Of a stretch of 16,526 nt of DNA, positions 1 to 7,564 are shown piece after piece. Origin of the DNA: Gemmatimonadota bacterium (lineage in GTDB: Bacteria; Gemmatimonadota; Gemmatimonadetes; Gemmatimonadales; Gemmatimonadaceae). The stretch is taken from positions 1-16,526 of the forward strand of contig JANMLN010000091.1 of assembly GCA_031372565.1 (NCBI GenBank). Reading direction: 5' to 3'. A model generated the notes under the pieces. The model worked only from the letters and a program-made list of their open reading frames with translations. It had not been told where the DNA came from and made no database searches. The position numbers were made by a program, and so were the translations under genes. Within the stretch, counting starts at the first letter, position 1; each line of letters starts with the position of its first letter.

Positions 1-192
1 CCCCCCGGCGTGGCGCGCCGCCTGCGCCGCCGTGTCGGCGCGCTGGTCGGACACGGCGCGCCCGGCCCCGCGCGCGCCCCCGCGCGCGGCCACGGGGGTC
101 GCGCCGGGCGCCTGCGCCCACAGCTTGAGGCCGGCGCTGGCCCCGAGAAGCAGTCCCTTCACGATCCGTCGCAGCACGGTGCCGACGATCAT
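1..192 (-). CDS. Probable P-ring chaperone FlgA, N-terminal fragment running off the window edge
   Basis: Not in the ORF track. The ATG at 192 overlaps the flgG stop (ATGA) and the frame stays open to position 1: MIVGTVLRRIVKGLLLGASAGLKLWAQAPGATPVAARGGARGA... This has a signal-peptide-like start, and PVAARxxARG resembles the start of a SAF domain. Position after flgF-flgG is typical for flgA. Confidence 0.5.
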   Translation of the reverse strand, partial: MIVGTVLRRIVKGLLLGASAGLKLWAQAPGATPVAARGGARGAGRAVSDQRADTAAQAARHAGG

Positions 193-977
193 CGAAGCAG
201 CCCGCTCGCGATCTGCGACATCTCGTCGCTGTTCTTGATCGCCTTGGAGTTGATCTCGTACGCACGCTGCGCCGCGATCATGTCGACCATCTCCTGCACG
301 ATCTCGACGTTGCTCCCCTCGAGCTGGCCTTGCAGGAGGCGGCCCATGCCGTCGTCTTCGGGAAAGCCGGTAATCGGGTCGCCGGCGGCCGGCGTGGCCG
401 TGTAGAGATTCTCGCCGTTGGCGAGCAGCCCCGACGGATTCGCGAAACGTGCGATCTCGAGGCGGCCGATCTCGACCGGCGCCGTGCCGCGGCCCTGGAT
501 GACCGAGACGATCCCGGAGCGCGAGATCTGCACGCTCTGCACATCGCGCGGCACGCGGATGCCGGGCGCCACGGTGAGTCCTTCCTGCGTCACCAGCGTA
601 CCCGTCTCGGAGAGCTGGAAGGTGCCGTCGCGCGTGTAGGCGAGCTGTCCGTTGGGCAGCTGCACCTGGAAGTAGCCCTCGCCCTCGATGGCGAGATCGA
701 GCGGCCGCTCGGTCTGTTCGAGCGTGCCCTGCGACTGGTTGCGCTGTACACCCGCGAGGCGCGTGCCTCGGCCGACCTGGATGGCGGGAAGCGTCGTGGC
801 ATCGCTGCCGGCCACGGTCGACGGTCCCTGCATCGTCTGGTAGAGCAGGTCCACGAAGTGCGCGCGACTGCGCTTGAACGCGGTCGTGTTCACGTTCGCG
901 AGGTTGTTCGCGATGACTTCGGTGCGGGTCTGCTGCGCCATCATGCCGGTGGCGGCGGCGCGGAGTGCGGGATCCAT
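189..977 (-). CDS. flgG: Flagellar basal-body distal rod protein FlgG (262 aa)
   Basis: N-terminal ANNLANVNTTAFKRSR..F.DLLYQ, internal YTRDGTF and C-terminal LEGSNVEIVQEMVDMIAAQRAYEINSK. SD-like TAAGGA upstream. Confidence 0.97.
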   Translation of the reverse strand: MDPALRAAATGMMAQQTRTEVIANNLANVNTTAFKRSRAHFVDLLYQTMQGPSTVAGSDATTLPAIQVGRGTRLAGVQRNQSQGTLEQTERPLDLAIEGEGYFQVQLPNGQLAYTRDGTFQLSETGTLVTQEGLTVAPGIRVPRDVQSVQISRSGIVSVIQGRGTAPVEIGRLEIARFANPSGLLANGENLYTATPAAGDPITGFPEDDGMGRLLQGQLEGSNVEIVQEMVDMIAAQRAYEINSKAIKNSDEMSQIASGLLR

Positions 978-989
978 GGAATCGCTTCC

Positions 990-1709
990 TTACTGGGCGG
1001 GCTTGCCGAGTTCGCTCACGGCGATTCCGCGAGCAGCGTCGAGCGTGGTCAGTGCTTTCTGCACGCCACCCGTGGCGCGCTGGATGTTGATCATGTCGAT
1101 CATCGCGTCGAGTGGTTGCACGTTGCTGCCTTCGCGGGCGCCCTGACGGACGAGGCGCTCATCGTCGGCCACGCGCGTGGTCGCGCTGGCGGTGAACAGC
1201 GTGTCGCCCGCGTGCGTGAGCGTCGCACCCTGTGCCGCGCGCTCGACGCGCAGGCGGCCAACCACGGTCCCGTCGGCCCGGACTTCACCGGTGGCGTCGA
1301 TCTCGATCTTCGCGGTGCGCACCGGCACGGCGACGGGTGCGTTCCCCGACTCGCCGAGCAGTGCATGACCGCGCGCGTCGATGAGCTGGCCCTGTCCATC
1401 GAGGGCGAGCGAGCCGCCGCGCGAGAGCTTGTCGCCGGTCGGCGTGCGCACGACGAAGAACCCATCCGACTGCAGAGCGACGTCGAGCACCTGCCCGGTC
1501 TGCGTGATCGTGCCGGCGCGCAGGTCGGTCGTCGTGCCCGCGACAGGACCCGTGGCGCCGGCGAGCAGCTGCGCGAACGCCTGCTCGCCCTTGAAGCCGT
1601 CGGTCTCGACGTTGGCCAGGTTGTTCGCGACGACTTCCTGGCGGCGCGTCCAGTAGCGGAGCGCCGCAGCAGCCTGTTCGAATCCCGTCGGCTTGATGGA
1701 AGTACCCAC
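990..1709 (-). CDS. flgF: Flagellar proximal rod protein FlgF (about 239 aa; start corrected to GTG at 1709)
   Basis: QEVVANNLANVETDGFK, LDVALQSDGFF and EGSNVQPLDAMIDMI motifs; lies directly upstream of flgG. GGAG sits 6 nt before GTG 1709, and the track's longer start overlaps the promoter. Confidence 0.9.
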   Translation of the reverse strand: MGTSIKPTGFEQAAAALRYWTRRQEVVANNLANVETDGFKGEQAFAQLLAGATGPVAGTTTDLRAGTITQTGQVLDVALQSDGFFVVRTPTGDKLSRGGSLALDGQGQLIDARGHALLGESGNAPVAVPVRTAKIEIDATGEVRADGTVVGRLRVERAAQGATLTHAGDTLFTASATTRVADDERLVRQGAREGSNVQPLDAMIDMINIQRATGGVQKALTTLDAARGIAVSELGKPAQ

Positions 1710-1743
1710 GAACGACTCCGGATGGAGGTGATGCCCTTCGTAA

Positions 1744-1759
1744 TGCACGGAGCGTGCCA
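1744..1759 (-). promoter_or_regulatory. Sigma54 (-24/-12) promoter for flgF-flgG
   Basis: Minus strand TGGCACG-CTCC-GTGCA matches the TGGCACG-N4-TTGCW consensus with correct GG/GC spacing. Confidence 0.85.
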
Positions 1760-1773
1760 CGGACTGCGACTTG

Positions 1774-1798
1774 TAACACGTTGCCAATGAATGACTTG
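1774..1798. promoter_or_regulatory. Inverted pair of IHF-like cores upstream of the flgF promoter
   Basis: TAACACGTTG-CCAAT-GAATGACTTG (YAA-N4-TTG-N5-inverted copy). The same element occurs at the same offset at the other two promoters. Confidence 0.55.
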
Positions 1799-1844
1799 CG
1801 AGACTGTGTTATCTTTCACGTAGTCGGTCTCGCCTTCCGTCACC

Positions 1845-1880
1845 GGGCAATTGCTGCCCAACCGGGCAGCATCTGCCGAG
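1845..1880. promoter_or_regulatory. Tandem dyad sites, putative enhancer for a sigma54 activator (flgF)
   Basis: GGGCA-ATTGC-TGCCC (1845-1859) and GGGCA-GCATC-TGCCG-AG (1864-1880), about 90-120 bp upstream of the -24 box. Confidence 0.65.
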
Positions 1881-1883
1881 CGA

Positions 1884-2717
1884 TCAGGCGACCAGGCCGC
1901 GAATCGGAGCGAGACGGCGGCGCAGCGAGTCGATCGACCGCGCGCGCACGTGCGAGACGCCGGACTCGCTCATCCCCATCGTGCGTGCGACCTCTGCCTG
2001 GGTGAGATTCTCGAAGTAGAGCAGCGTGAGCACGGTGCGGGCGCGTGACGGCAAGTGCGCAATCCCCTCGCGCAGCAGCGCGACTTCAGCCTCGCGCGTG
2101 AGCCGCTCTTCGATGTCGTCATCGCTCGCGGGCGCCAGACGATCAATGATCGCCGTGTCATCATCCGATCCGGTGCCTTGCGGCTCGTCGAGCGAGACGA
2201 TCTGTGCGCCCTCGAGCACGGCTTCCCAGTCCCAGAGCGTGGCGACGTCGATCCCGAGCTGCTCGGCGGTCTCGACCGTGGTCGGCGTGCGTCCCAGCGC
2301 CGCGCCGAGTGCCGTCCGTGCGCCGTTCAGTTCGCGCGCCTTGCGGCGCACCGAGCGCGGCACCCGGTCGCGGCTGCGGAGATCATCGAGGATGGCGCCG
2401 CGAATGCGCGTGGCGGCGTAGGTCGAGAAGCGCAGTCCGCGCGCCGGCTCGAAGTGCTCGAGCGCGTTGATCAGTCCGAGCGTCCCGGCGCCGACGAGGT
2501 CCTCGCTCGTCACACCATCGGCGAGCCCGGCAGCCAACTGTCGCGCGATGTAGTAGACGAGTCCCACGTGCCGGTCGAGGAGCGCGCCGCGCGCGTCGTC
2601 ATCACCTGCTGCGTATCGGTGCCACAGGTCGCCGTGCTCGATTGCTCGAGCGGTATCGTGCGACGCGGCGGTATCGGTGGCGAGGTCGTACGCGGTCGGC
2701 TCGGACGTGGTCCCCAT
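1884..2717 (-). CDS. fliA: FliA/WhiG-family sigma factor, second paralog (277 aa)
   Basis: F.PARGLRFSTYAATRIRGAILDDLRSRD.VPRSVRRK (region 2), LGRTPT..E.AEQLG (region 3) and a region 4 HTH. GGAG SD upstream. Confidence 0.9.
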   Translation of the reverse strand: MGTTSEPTAYDLATDTAASHDTARAIEHGDLWHRYAAGDDDARGALLDRHVGLVYYIARQLAAGLADGVTSEDLVGAGTLGLINALEHFEPARGLRFSTYAATRIRGAILDDLRSRDRVPRSVRRKARELNGARTALGAALGRTPTTVETAEQLGIDVATLWDWEAVLEGAQIVSLDEPQGTGSDDDTAIIDRLAPASDDDIEERLTREAEVALLREGIAHLPSRARTVLTLLYFENLTQAEVARTMGMSESGVSHVRARSIDSLRRRLAPIRGLVA

Positions 2718-2752
2718 CAGTGACTCCGGTTAGAAGGCTCGCGTCTGTGTAA

Positions 2753-2768
2753 AGCATCGAACGTGCCA
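2753..2768 (-). promoter_or_regulatory. Sigma54 (-24/-12) promoter for fliA2
   Basis: Minus strand TGGCACG-TTCG-ATGCT, in the gap upstream of fliA2. Confidence 0.82.
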
Positions 2769-2783
2769 CGACGCGAACCCGTC

Positions 2784-2808
2784 TAACTCGTTGTCAGATA
2801 TCGACTTC
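2784..2808. promoter_or_regulatory. IHF-like element upstream of the fliA2 promoter
   Basis: TAACTCGTTG-TCAGA-TATCGACTTC, starting 16 nt from the -24 box. The second half is degenerate. Confidence 0.45.
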
Positions 2809-3012
2809 CAAGCTCATCACCCAGCGGAAGAATCGTCCCACTCGCTGCCCCAGGGAGGCAGAAGCTGCCGAGTGAGGCACGTCCTGCCGCCCGTGTCGCG
2901 TGAGGACCATCGTGACGAGATCCTGCGAGAGGCGCGTCCGGCGCGCGATCTGGACGACGTTGTTGCCGCGCCGGGCGAGCGTGAGTACTTGCAGCTCGGG
3001 GGTCGGCCTCAC
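2794..3012 (-). CDS. Small putative helix-turn-helix protein (72 aa)
   Basis: GTG overlaps the fliA1 stop (GTGA) with a GGGAGG SD. VLTLARRGNNVVQIARRTRLSQDLVTMVL fits an HTH pattern. Confidence 0.7.
   Translation of the reverse strand: MRPTPELQVLTLARRGNNVVQIARRTRLSQDLVTMVLTRHGRQDVPHSAASASLGQRVGRFFRWVMSLEVDI
2856..2872. promoter_or_regulatory. Putative sigma54-activator enhancer dyad (fliA2), inside the HTH ORF
   Basis: AGGCA-GAAGC-TGCCG-AG, centred 95 nt from the -24 box. A TGCCC half-site (2846-2850) lies 20 nt nearer the promoter. Confidence 0.6.
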
Positions 3013-3773
3013 GCGACCTCCCGCCGCATCGGTGCCAACTGCGTCTTGAGGCGCGAGAGCGCCTTGGTGCGGATCTGCGAGACACGCGACTCGGTGAGGC
3101 CGAGTACCGTCGCGATCTCGTGCAGCTTGAGCTCCTCGTAGTAGTACAGCGAGAGGACGGTCCGCTCCTGCGACTTGAGACCGGCAATCGCATCGCGGAG
3201 CAGGGCGACTTCCTGTTCGTTGTTGATCTTCGCTTCGACGTCGTCGTCCGGAGTTCCCGCGATCAGGTCGCCCGGTGCGTAGCCCTCCTCCTCGTCCTCG
3301 TGGCGTGCGCGGCGATCGATCGAGACATGATGCGATCCTTCGAGGTCGCCCTGCCAGCGCCAGAGCGTCGGCAGGTCGATGTTCAACCGTTCGGCGATCT
3401 CCTTGTCATTGGGCACACGGCCGAGCTCCTTGGCGAGCGCGTCACGCGCGCCACCGATGTCGCGCGCCTTGCGCCGCACCGAGCGCGGCACGTGATCCTG
3501 GCGACGGAGCTCGTCGAGAATCGAACCGCGAATGCGCGGTGCGGCAAAGGTCGAGAACTGCAGGCCGCGGCTGGCGTCGAAGTTCTCGAGCGCACCGACG
3601 AGTCCGAGCGTTCCGGAGCTGACGAGTTCGTCGAACTCCGCTTCATCGGCGAGACCGGCCGCGAGCTGCCGCGCCACGAAGTGCACGAGACCGACGTGGG
3701 CGTCGAGCAGCTCCTGACGGGCGGACGGATCGCCGGCGGCGTAGCGGTTCCAGAGGGCAGTGTGATCATTCAT
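3009..3773 (-). CDS. fliA: Flagellar sigma factor FliA (sigma28), first paralog (254 aa)
   Basis: FDASRGLQFSTFA.PRIRGSILDELR.QD.VPRSVR and canonical LYYYEEL.L.EI..VLGLTESRVSQI. Follows flhF-flhG with an ATGA overlap. Confidence 0.95.
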   Translation of the reverse strand: MNDHTALWNRYAAGDPSARQELLDAHVGLVHFVARQLAAGLADEAEFDELVSSGTLGLVGALENFDASRGLQFSTFAAPRIRGSILDELRRQDHVPRSVRRKARDIGGARDALAKELGRVPNDKEIAERLNIDLPTLWRWQGDLEGSHHVSIDRRARHEDEEEGYAPGDLIAGTPDDDVEAKINNEQEVALLRDAIAGLKSQERTVLSLYYYEELKLHEIATVLGLTESRVSQIRTKALSRLKTQLAPMRREVA

Positions 3774-4645
3774 GCAGCGGGTCTCCCGGAGGGGCGGTAG
3801 GGCGCCATGGAGCGGCGCGCGTCACGGTCGAGTTCAGCGAGGAGGCGTCCGGCGAGGGCGTCGAGTGCCATCGCGGCGCGGGTGCCGCCAGTCGCGGCGG
3901 GAAAGGGAGTGCCGGCGGCAATGGCCGCCTGCAGCGTGTCATCGGTTGGGATGGCGCCGCCGAACCCGATGGTGCGGCCAAGAAAGCGTCCGGCGGCGCC
4001 CTGCACTTCGGCGAACGCGTCGCGCGCCTTCTCTTCGATGGTGCGCGTGAGCACCAGCTCGATCGGTGCCCCCGGCCAGGTGAGGTGAATCCCCTTCACC
4101 ATGGCGTACGCGGCGGCCACGCTCGCGGGCTCCGCGTCCGAGGTGATGAGGCACTTGCGCAACCCGTTGAGTCCGGCGGCGATCACCGCATCGATGCGCG
4201 AACCAGCGTCGATGACCACGACGTCGTAGCTGCGATACACCGGCGCGAGCCGCCGGAAGACGGATCGCCGCTCGGCGGGCGCGAAGGGCATGCCGAGTGC
4301 ACCGTCCATGGACTGACCGCTCCCGCCCGGCAGCAGGTGCAGCGTGTCGCCGAGCGCGAGCACGACGGATGCGGGATCGCCACCGCCCGGCTTGAGCGCG
4401 CCGATGCCCGACGGGGCGACCACGCCGAAGCGGTGATGGTGCGTGCCGTTGGCCTCGTCGGCATCGACGAGCAGGGTACGCCGACCCTCGGCTGCCGCGG
4501 TGCAGGCAATCCCTGCGGCGAGCGTGGAGGTGCCGGTACCGCCGCGTGCGCCGGCGATGACGAGCACGCGATCATCGCTCGCGCGCCACGGGTCGGCGGT
4601 TCGCGTGCCGACGAAGGCGCGCAGCTGTTCAGTCTGGGAGATCAT
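3770..4645 (-). CDS. flhG: FlhG/FleN (MinD/ParA-like) protein with degenerate Walker A (291 aa; start corrected to 4645)
   Basis: MinD-type motifs TLLVDAD, LHLLPGGSG, YDVVVIDAG, EPASVAAAYAMVK and GAIPTD. Lies between flhF and fliA; ATG overlaps the flhF stop. Confidence 0.85.
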   Translation of the reverse strand: MISQTEQLRAFVGTRTADPWRASDDRVLVIAGARGGTGTSTLAAGIACTAAAEGRRTLLVDADEANGTHHHRFGVVAPSGIGALKPGGGDPASVVLALGDTLHLLPGGSGQSMDGALGMPFAPAERRSVFRRLAPVYRSYDVVVIDAGSRIDAVIAAGLNGLRKCLITSDAEPASVAAAYAMVKGIHLTWPGAPIELVLTRTIEEKARDAFAEVQGAAGRFLGRTIGFGGAIPTDDTLQAAIAAGTPFPAATGGTRAAMALDALAGRLLAELDRDARRSMAPYRPSGRPAA

Positions 4646-5475
4646 GCGGAGACCGCGTAGGCTGGCGCGACGCCGAGGGCGCCAAGCACCTTGGGCGCGG
4701 CGTCGCGGAGGTCGGTCGGGATGTCCTGCCCATCGGTGACCCAGCGTGCAGGCAGGTCGATCGAGGAGGTCAGGCGCGCGATGGTCGCGTCGGTCGGCAC
4801 TTCGTCGAGCTTGGTGACGAGCGCGTGCGTGACGCCCAGCGGGGTGAAGCTCTCGCGCGCCGTGGCGGCCAGGTCGAGGCGCCACGAGGCGGGAATGCAG
4901 AGGTGTACCTCGTCGGGGCGCAGCTGCCGCAGCGCGGCGCGCCAGGTGCCGGCGTCGTTGGTGGTGCGCGGGCCGCGCCCCGGCGTGTCGACGAGAATGA
5001 CGTCGCAGTCGGCGAGGCGACGGAGCGCATCGTCGATCTCGCTCGGATCGTAGATGCACTCGCACGGGAGGCCGGCAGCGGCGGCGTATGCCTCCAACTG
5101 TTCGACGGCGCCGGCGCGATAGGTGTCGAGCGTGAGGAGGCCGGCGCGCCGACGCCCGAAGGCGTCCGGGTTGACGGCCAGCTTGGCGATCGTGGTGGTC
5201 TTGCCGGCGCCGGTCGGGCCGACCAGTGCGACGATGAGTGGGCGCGCCTTCGCGCGCTGGCGCACGCCAACCGCACGCACGCGCGGTTGCGCCGGCGAAA
5301 GCAATTCGCGGAAGCGGGCCACCTCGTTGGCGGTGGTGGCCGCCACTTCGACGCGTGGCATGCCGTGCTCGCGCACGACACGCGAGTGCGCGATCATCGC
5401 GTCGTCGCCGAGTGCGCGTCGCGCCGCCCAGCTGACGGACGCGAGGTCGGGTCCGCTAAAGGTCCTAAGCTGCAT
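4642..5475 (-). CDS. flhF: SRP-type GTPase FlhF, unusually short (277 aa; start corrected to 5475)
   Basis: FlhF N-terminus MQLRTFSG.D........RRALGDDAMIAHSR. G1 GPTGAGKTTT, G2 DTYRAGA, G3 DTPGR, G4 TKLDE, G5 GQDIP. Confidence 0.93.
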   Translation of the reverse strand: MQLRTFSGPDLASVSWAARRALGDDAMIAHSRVVREHGMPRVEVAATTANEVARFRELLSPAQPRVRAVGVRQRAKARPLIVALVGPTGAGKTTTIAKLAVNPDAFGRRRAGLLTLDTYRAGAVEQLEAYAAAAGLPCECIYDPSEIDDALRRLADCDVILVDTPGRGPRTTNDAGTWRAALRQLRPDEVHLCIPASWRLDLAATARESFTPLGVTHALVTKLDEVPTDATIARLTSSIDLPARWVTDGQDIPTDLRDAAPKVLGALGVAPAYAVSA

Positions 5476-7564
5476 ACGGCATCTCCCAGGTGGCGGTCGG
5501 GGTGAGGGTGATCGTGGTGGGGAGTTCGGCGAACGAGACGACGGGGAGCGCCGGCATGACGGGCTCGACGAGACGACGGATGCCGGTGCGGAGCGCGGGC
5601 GGAACCACGAGTGGCAGCGGCCGGACATCGGCGCCCATGCTGGTCATGCGCTGCAGTTCACGCAGCAGGCCGGCGAGTTGATCCGGCGTCAGCAGGGACC
5701 CGTGGCCGCCGGCGCGCGGCGCGAAGAGCATCATGAGCGAGGCCTCGAGGCGCGCGCCGAGCGTGACGGCCTGGATGGCGCCCGATTCATCCATGAGCGT
5801 GCGAGCGATGACGTTGGCCAGCGCGCGCCGGACATGCTCGGTGAGCGCTTCGAGATCCTTCACATGATCGGCGGCGTCGCCGAGCGCTTCGAGAATGGTG
5901 ACCAGGTCGCGGATCGGGATGCGCTCGCGCAGGAGGCGCTGCAGCACGCGGTGCAGCGTGCCGAGCGAGACCTTGACGGGCACGACTTCCTCGACGAGCG
6001 CGGGATGCGTCGGCTTGAGCGTATCGACCATCGCCTGCACGTCCTGTCGACCGAGCAGTTCGGCGGCATTGGCCTTGACGGTTTCCATCAGGTGCGTGGC
6101 GAGCATCGTGCCGGGCTCGACCACCATGTAGCCGAGCGAGGAGGCATCGGAGCGGCGGGCGGGCGCGATCCAGCGCGCAGGCAGCCCGAATGACGGGTCG
6201 GAGCCCTCCATGCCATCGATGGGCGCCATGGCCGTACCGGTATCGAGCGCGAGGAGCATGCGCGGCATCGCCTCGCCGCGTGCGACTTCGGAGCCACGCA
6301 GGCGAATCACGTACTCGTTGGCCGGCAGGCGTACGTCATCGCGAATGCGGATGGGCGGCACGAGGATGCCGAGGTCGACGGCCGCCTGCTTGCGCATCAG
6401 ACCGATGCGCTCGAGCAGGTCGCCACCCATGGTCTCGTCGACGAGCGGCACGAGGCCGTAACCGACCAGCAGTTCGATCGGATCGAGTTGCAGGAGGTCG
6501 GCCACCGGGTTGGCGTTCAACGGGGCAGCTTCGGTGGCGGTCGCGGTCGCGCTGATCGGCGAGGCGTCGCGTTCACGTGCTGTCGTCTGGCGAACTGCGG
6601 CCGTGCGCGCCGCGAAGGCGAGCACGCCCGCGAGCGCGATGAAGGGGAGCGCGGGCAGCCCCGGTACGAGCGCAAACGAGCCGAGGACGCCCGATGCCAC
6701 CCAGAGCGCCTTGGGCTGCGCGGAGAGCTGCGTGGCGACCACGGCGCCGATGCGCGCACCACCCGCGGCCTGCGTGACCATGAGGCCCGCTGCGACCGAG
6801 ACGATGAGCGCCGGGATCTGTGCAACCAGGCCTTCACCGACCGTGAGGATCGTGTAGGTCGACGCCGCCTGCGAGAGGTCGAGCCCGCGCTGCAGGACGC
6901 CCACGACGATGCCGCCGATGATGTTGATGCCCGTGATCAGCAGGCCGGCGATCGCGTCGCCCTTCACGAACTTGGACGCGCCGTCCATCGCGCCGTAGAA
7001 GTCGGCCGATTGGGCGATGACTGCGCGCCGCTGGCGGGCCGTGGCTTCGTCGATGAGGCCCGCACCGAGATCGGCATCGATCGCCATCTGCTTGCCGGGC
7101 ATCGCGTCGAGCGTGAAGCGCGCCGCCACTTCGGCCACGCGCCCGGCGCCCTTGGTGATGACGATGAAGTTGATGCCGACGAGGATCAGGAAGATCACGA
7201 CGCCGACGACGTAGTTGCCGCCGATCACGAACTGGCCGAACGCCTGGATCACCTGGCCCGCGTGCCCTTCGCTCAGGATGAGCCTCGTGCTCGCGACGTT
7301 GAGCGCGAGGCGGAACAGCGTGAGGATCAGCAGCAGCGCGGGAAAGGAGCTGAACTCGAGCGGATCGGTGGTCTGGAGCGCGGACAGCAGCACGACGAGC
7401 GAGATGCCGATCGACGCCGCCAGGCACAGGTCGAGCAGGATCGGCGGCAGGGGCACGATGAGCAGCGCGATGACGAGCACGACCGCGATCATCATCCCGA
7501 TCTCGTTCGACTTGCTCCCCCGGTCGGCTGCGCCCATGGGGAAGGCGATCGCGGGTGCGGTCAT
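5465..7564 (-). CDS. flhA: Flagellar export gate protein FlhA (699 aa; start corrected to 7564)
   Basis: FHIPEP motif RVAEVAARFTLDAMPGKQMAIDADL, FYGAMDGASKFVKGDAIAG and VGYGLVPL. ATGA overlap with flhB, plus a GGAGG SD. Confidence 0.98.
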   Translation of the reverse strand: MTAPAIAFPMGAADRGSKSNEIGMMIAVVLVIALLIVPLPPILLDLCLAASIGISLVVLLSALQTTDPLEFSSFPALLLILTLFRLALNVASTRLILSEGHAGQVIQAFGQFVIGGNYVVGVVIFLILVGINFIVITKGAGRVAEVAARFTLDAMPGKQMAIDADLGAGLIDEATARQRRAVIAQSADFYGAMDGASKFVKGDAIAGLLITGINIIGGIVVGVLQRGLDLSQAASTYTILTVGEGLVAQIPALIVSVAAGLMVTQAAGGARIGAVVATQLSAQPKALWVASGVLGSFALVPGLPALPFIALAGVLAFAARTAAVRQTTARERDASPISATATATEAAPLNANPVADLLQLDPIELLVGYGLVPLVDETMGGDLLERIGLMRKQAAVDLGILVPPIRIRDDVRLPANEYVIRLRGSEVARGEAMPRMLLALDTGTAMAPIDGMEGSDPSFGLPARWIAPARRSDASSLGYMVVEPGTMLATHLMETVKANAAELLGRQDVQAMVDTLKPTHPALVEEVVPVKVSLGTLHRVLQRLLRERIPIRDLVTILEALGDAADHVKDLEALTEHVRRALANVIARTLMDESGAIQAVTLGARLEASLMMLFAPRAGGHGSLLTPDQLAGLLRELQRMTSMGADVRPLPLVVPPALRTGIRRLVEPVMPALPVVSFAELPTTITLTPTATWEMPYAA

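Noticed and set aside
1..120. Extreme G/C runs as a repeat, G-quadruplex or divergent FlgA feature
   Set aside because: This is at the sequence edge and may be low-quality base calling. It cannot be interpreted without reads.
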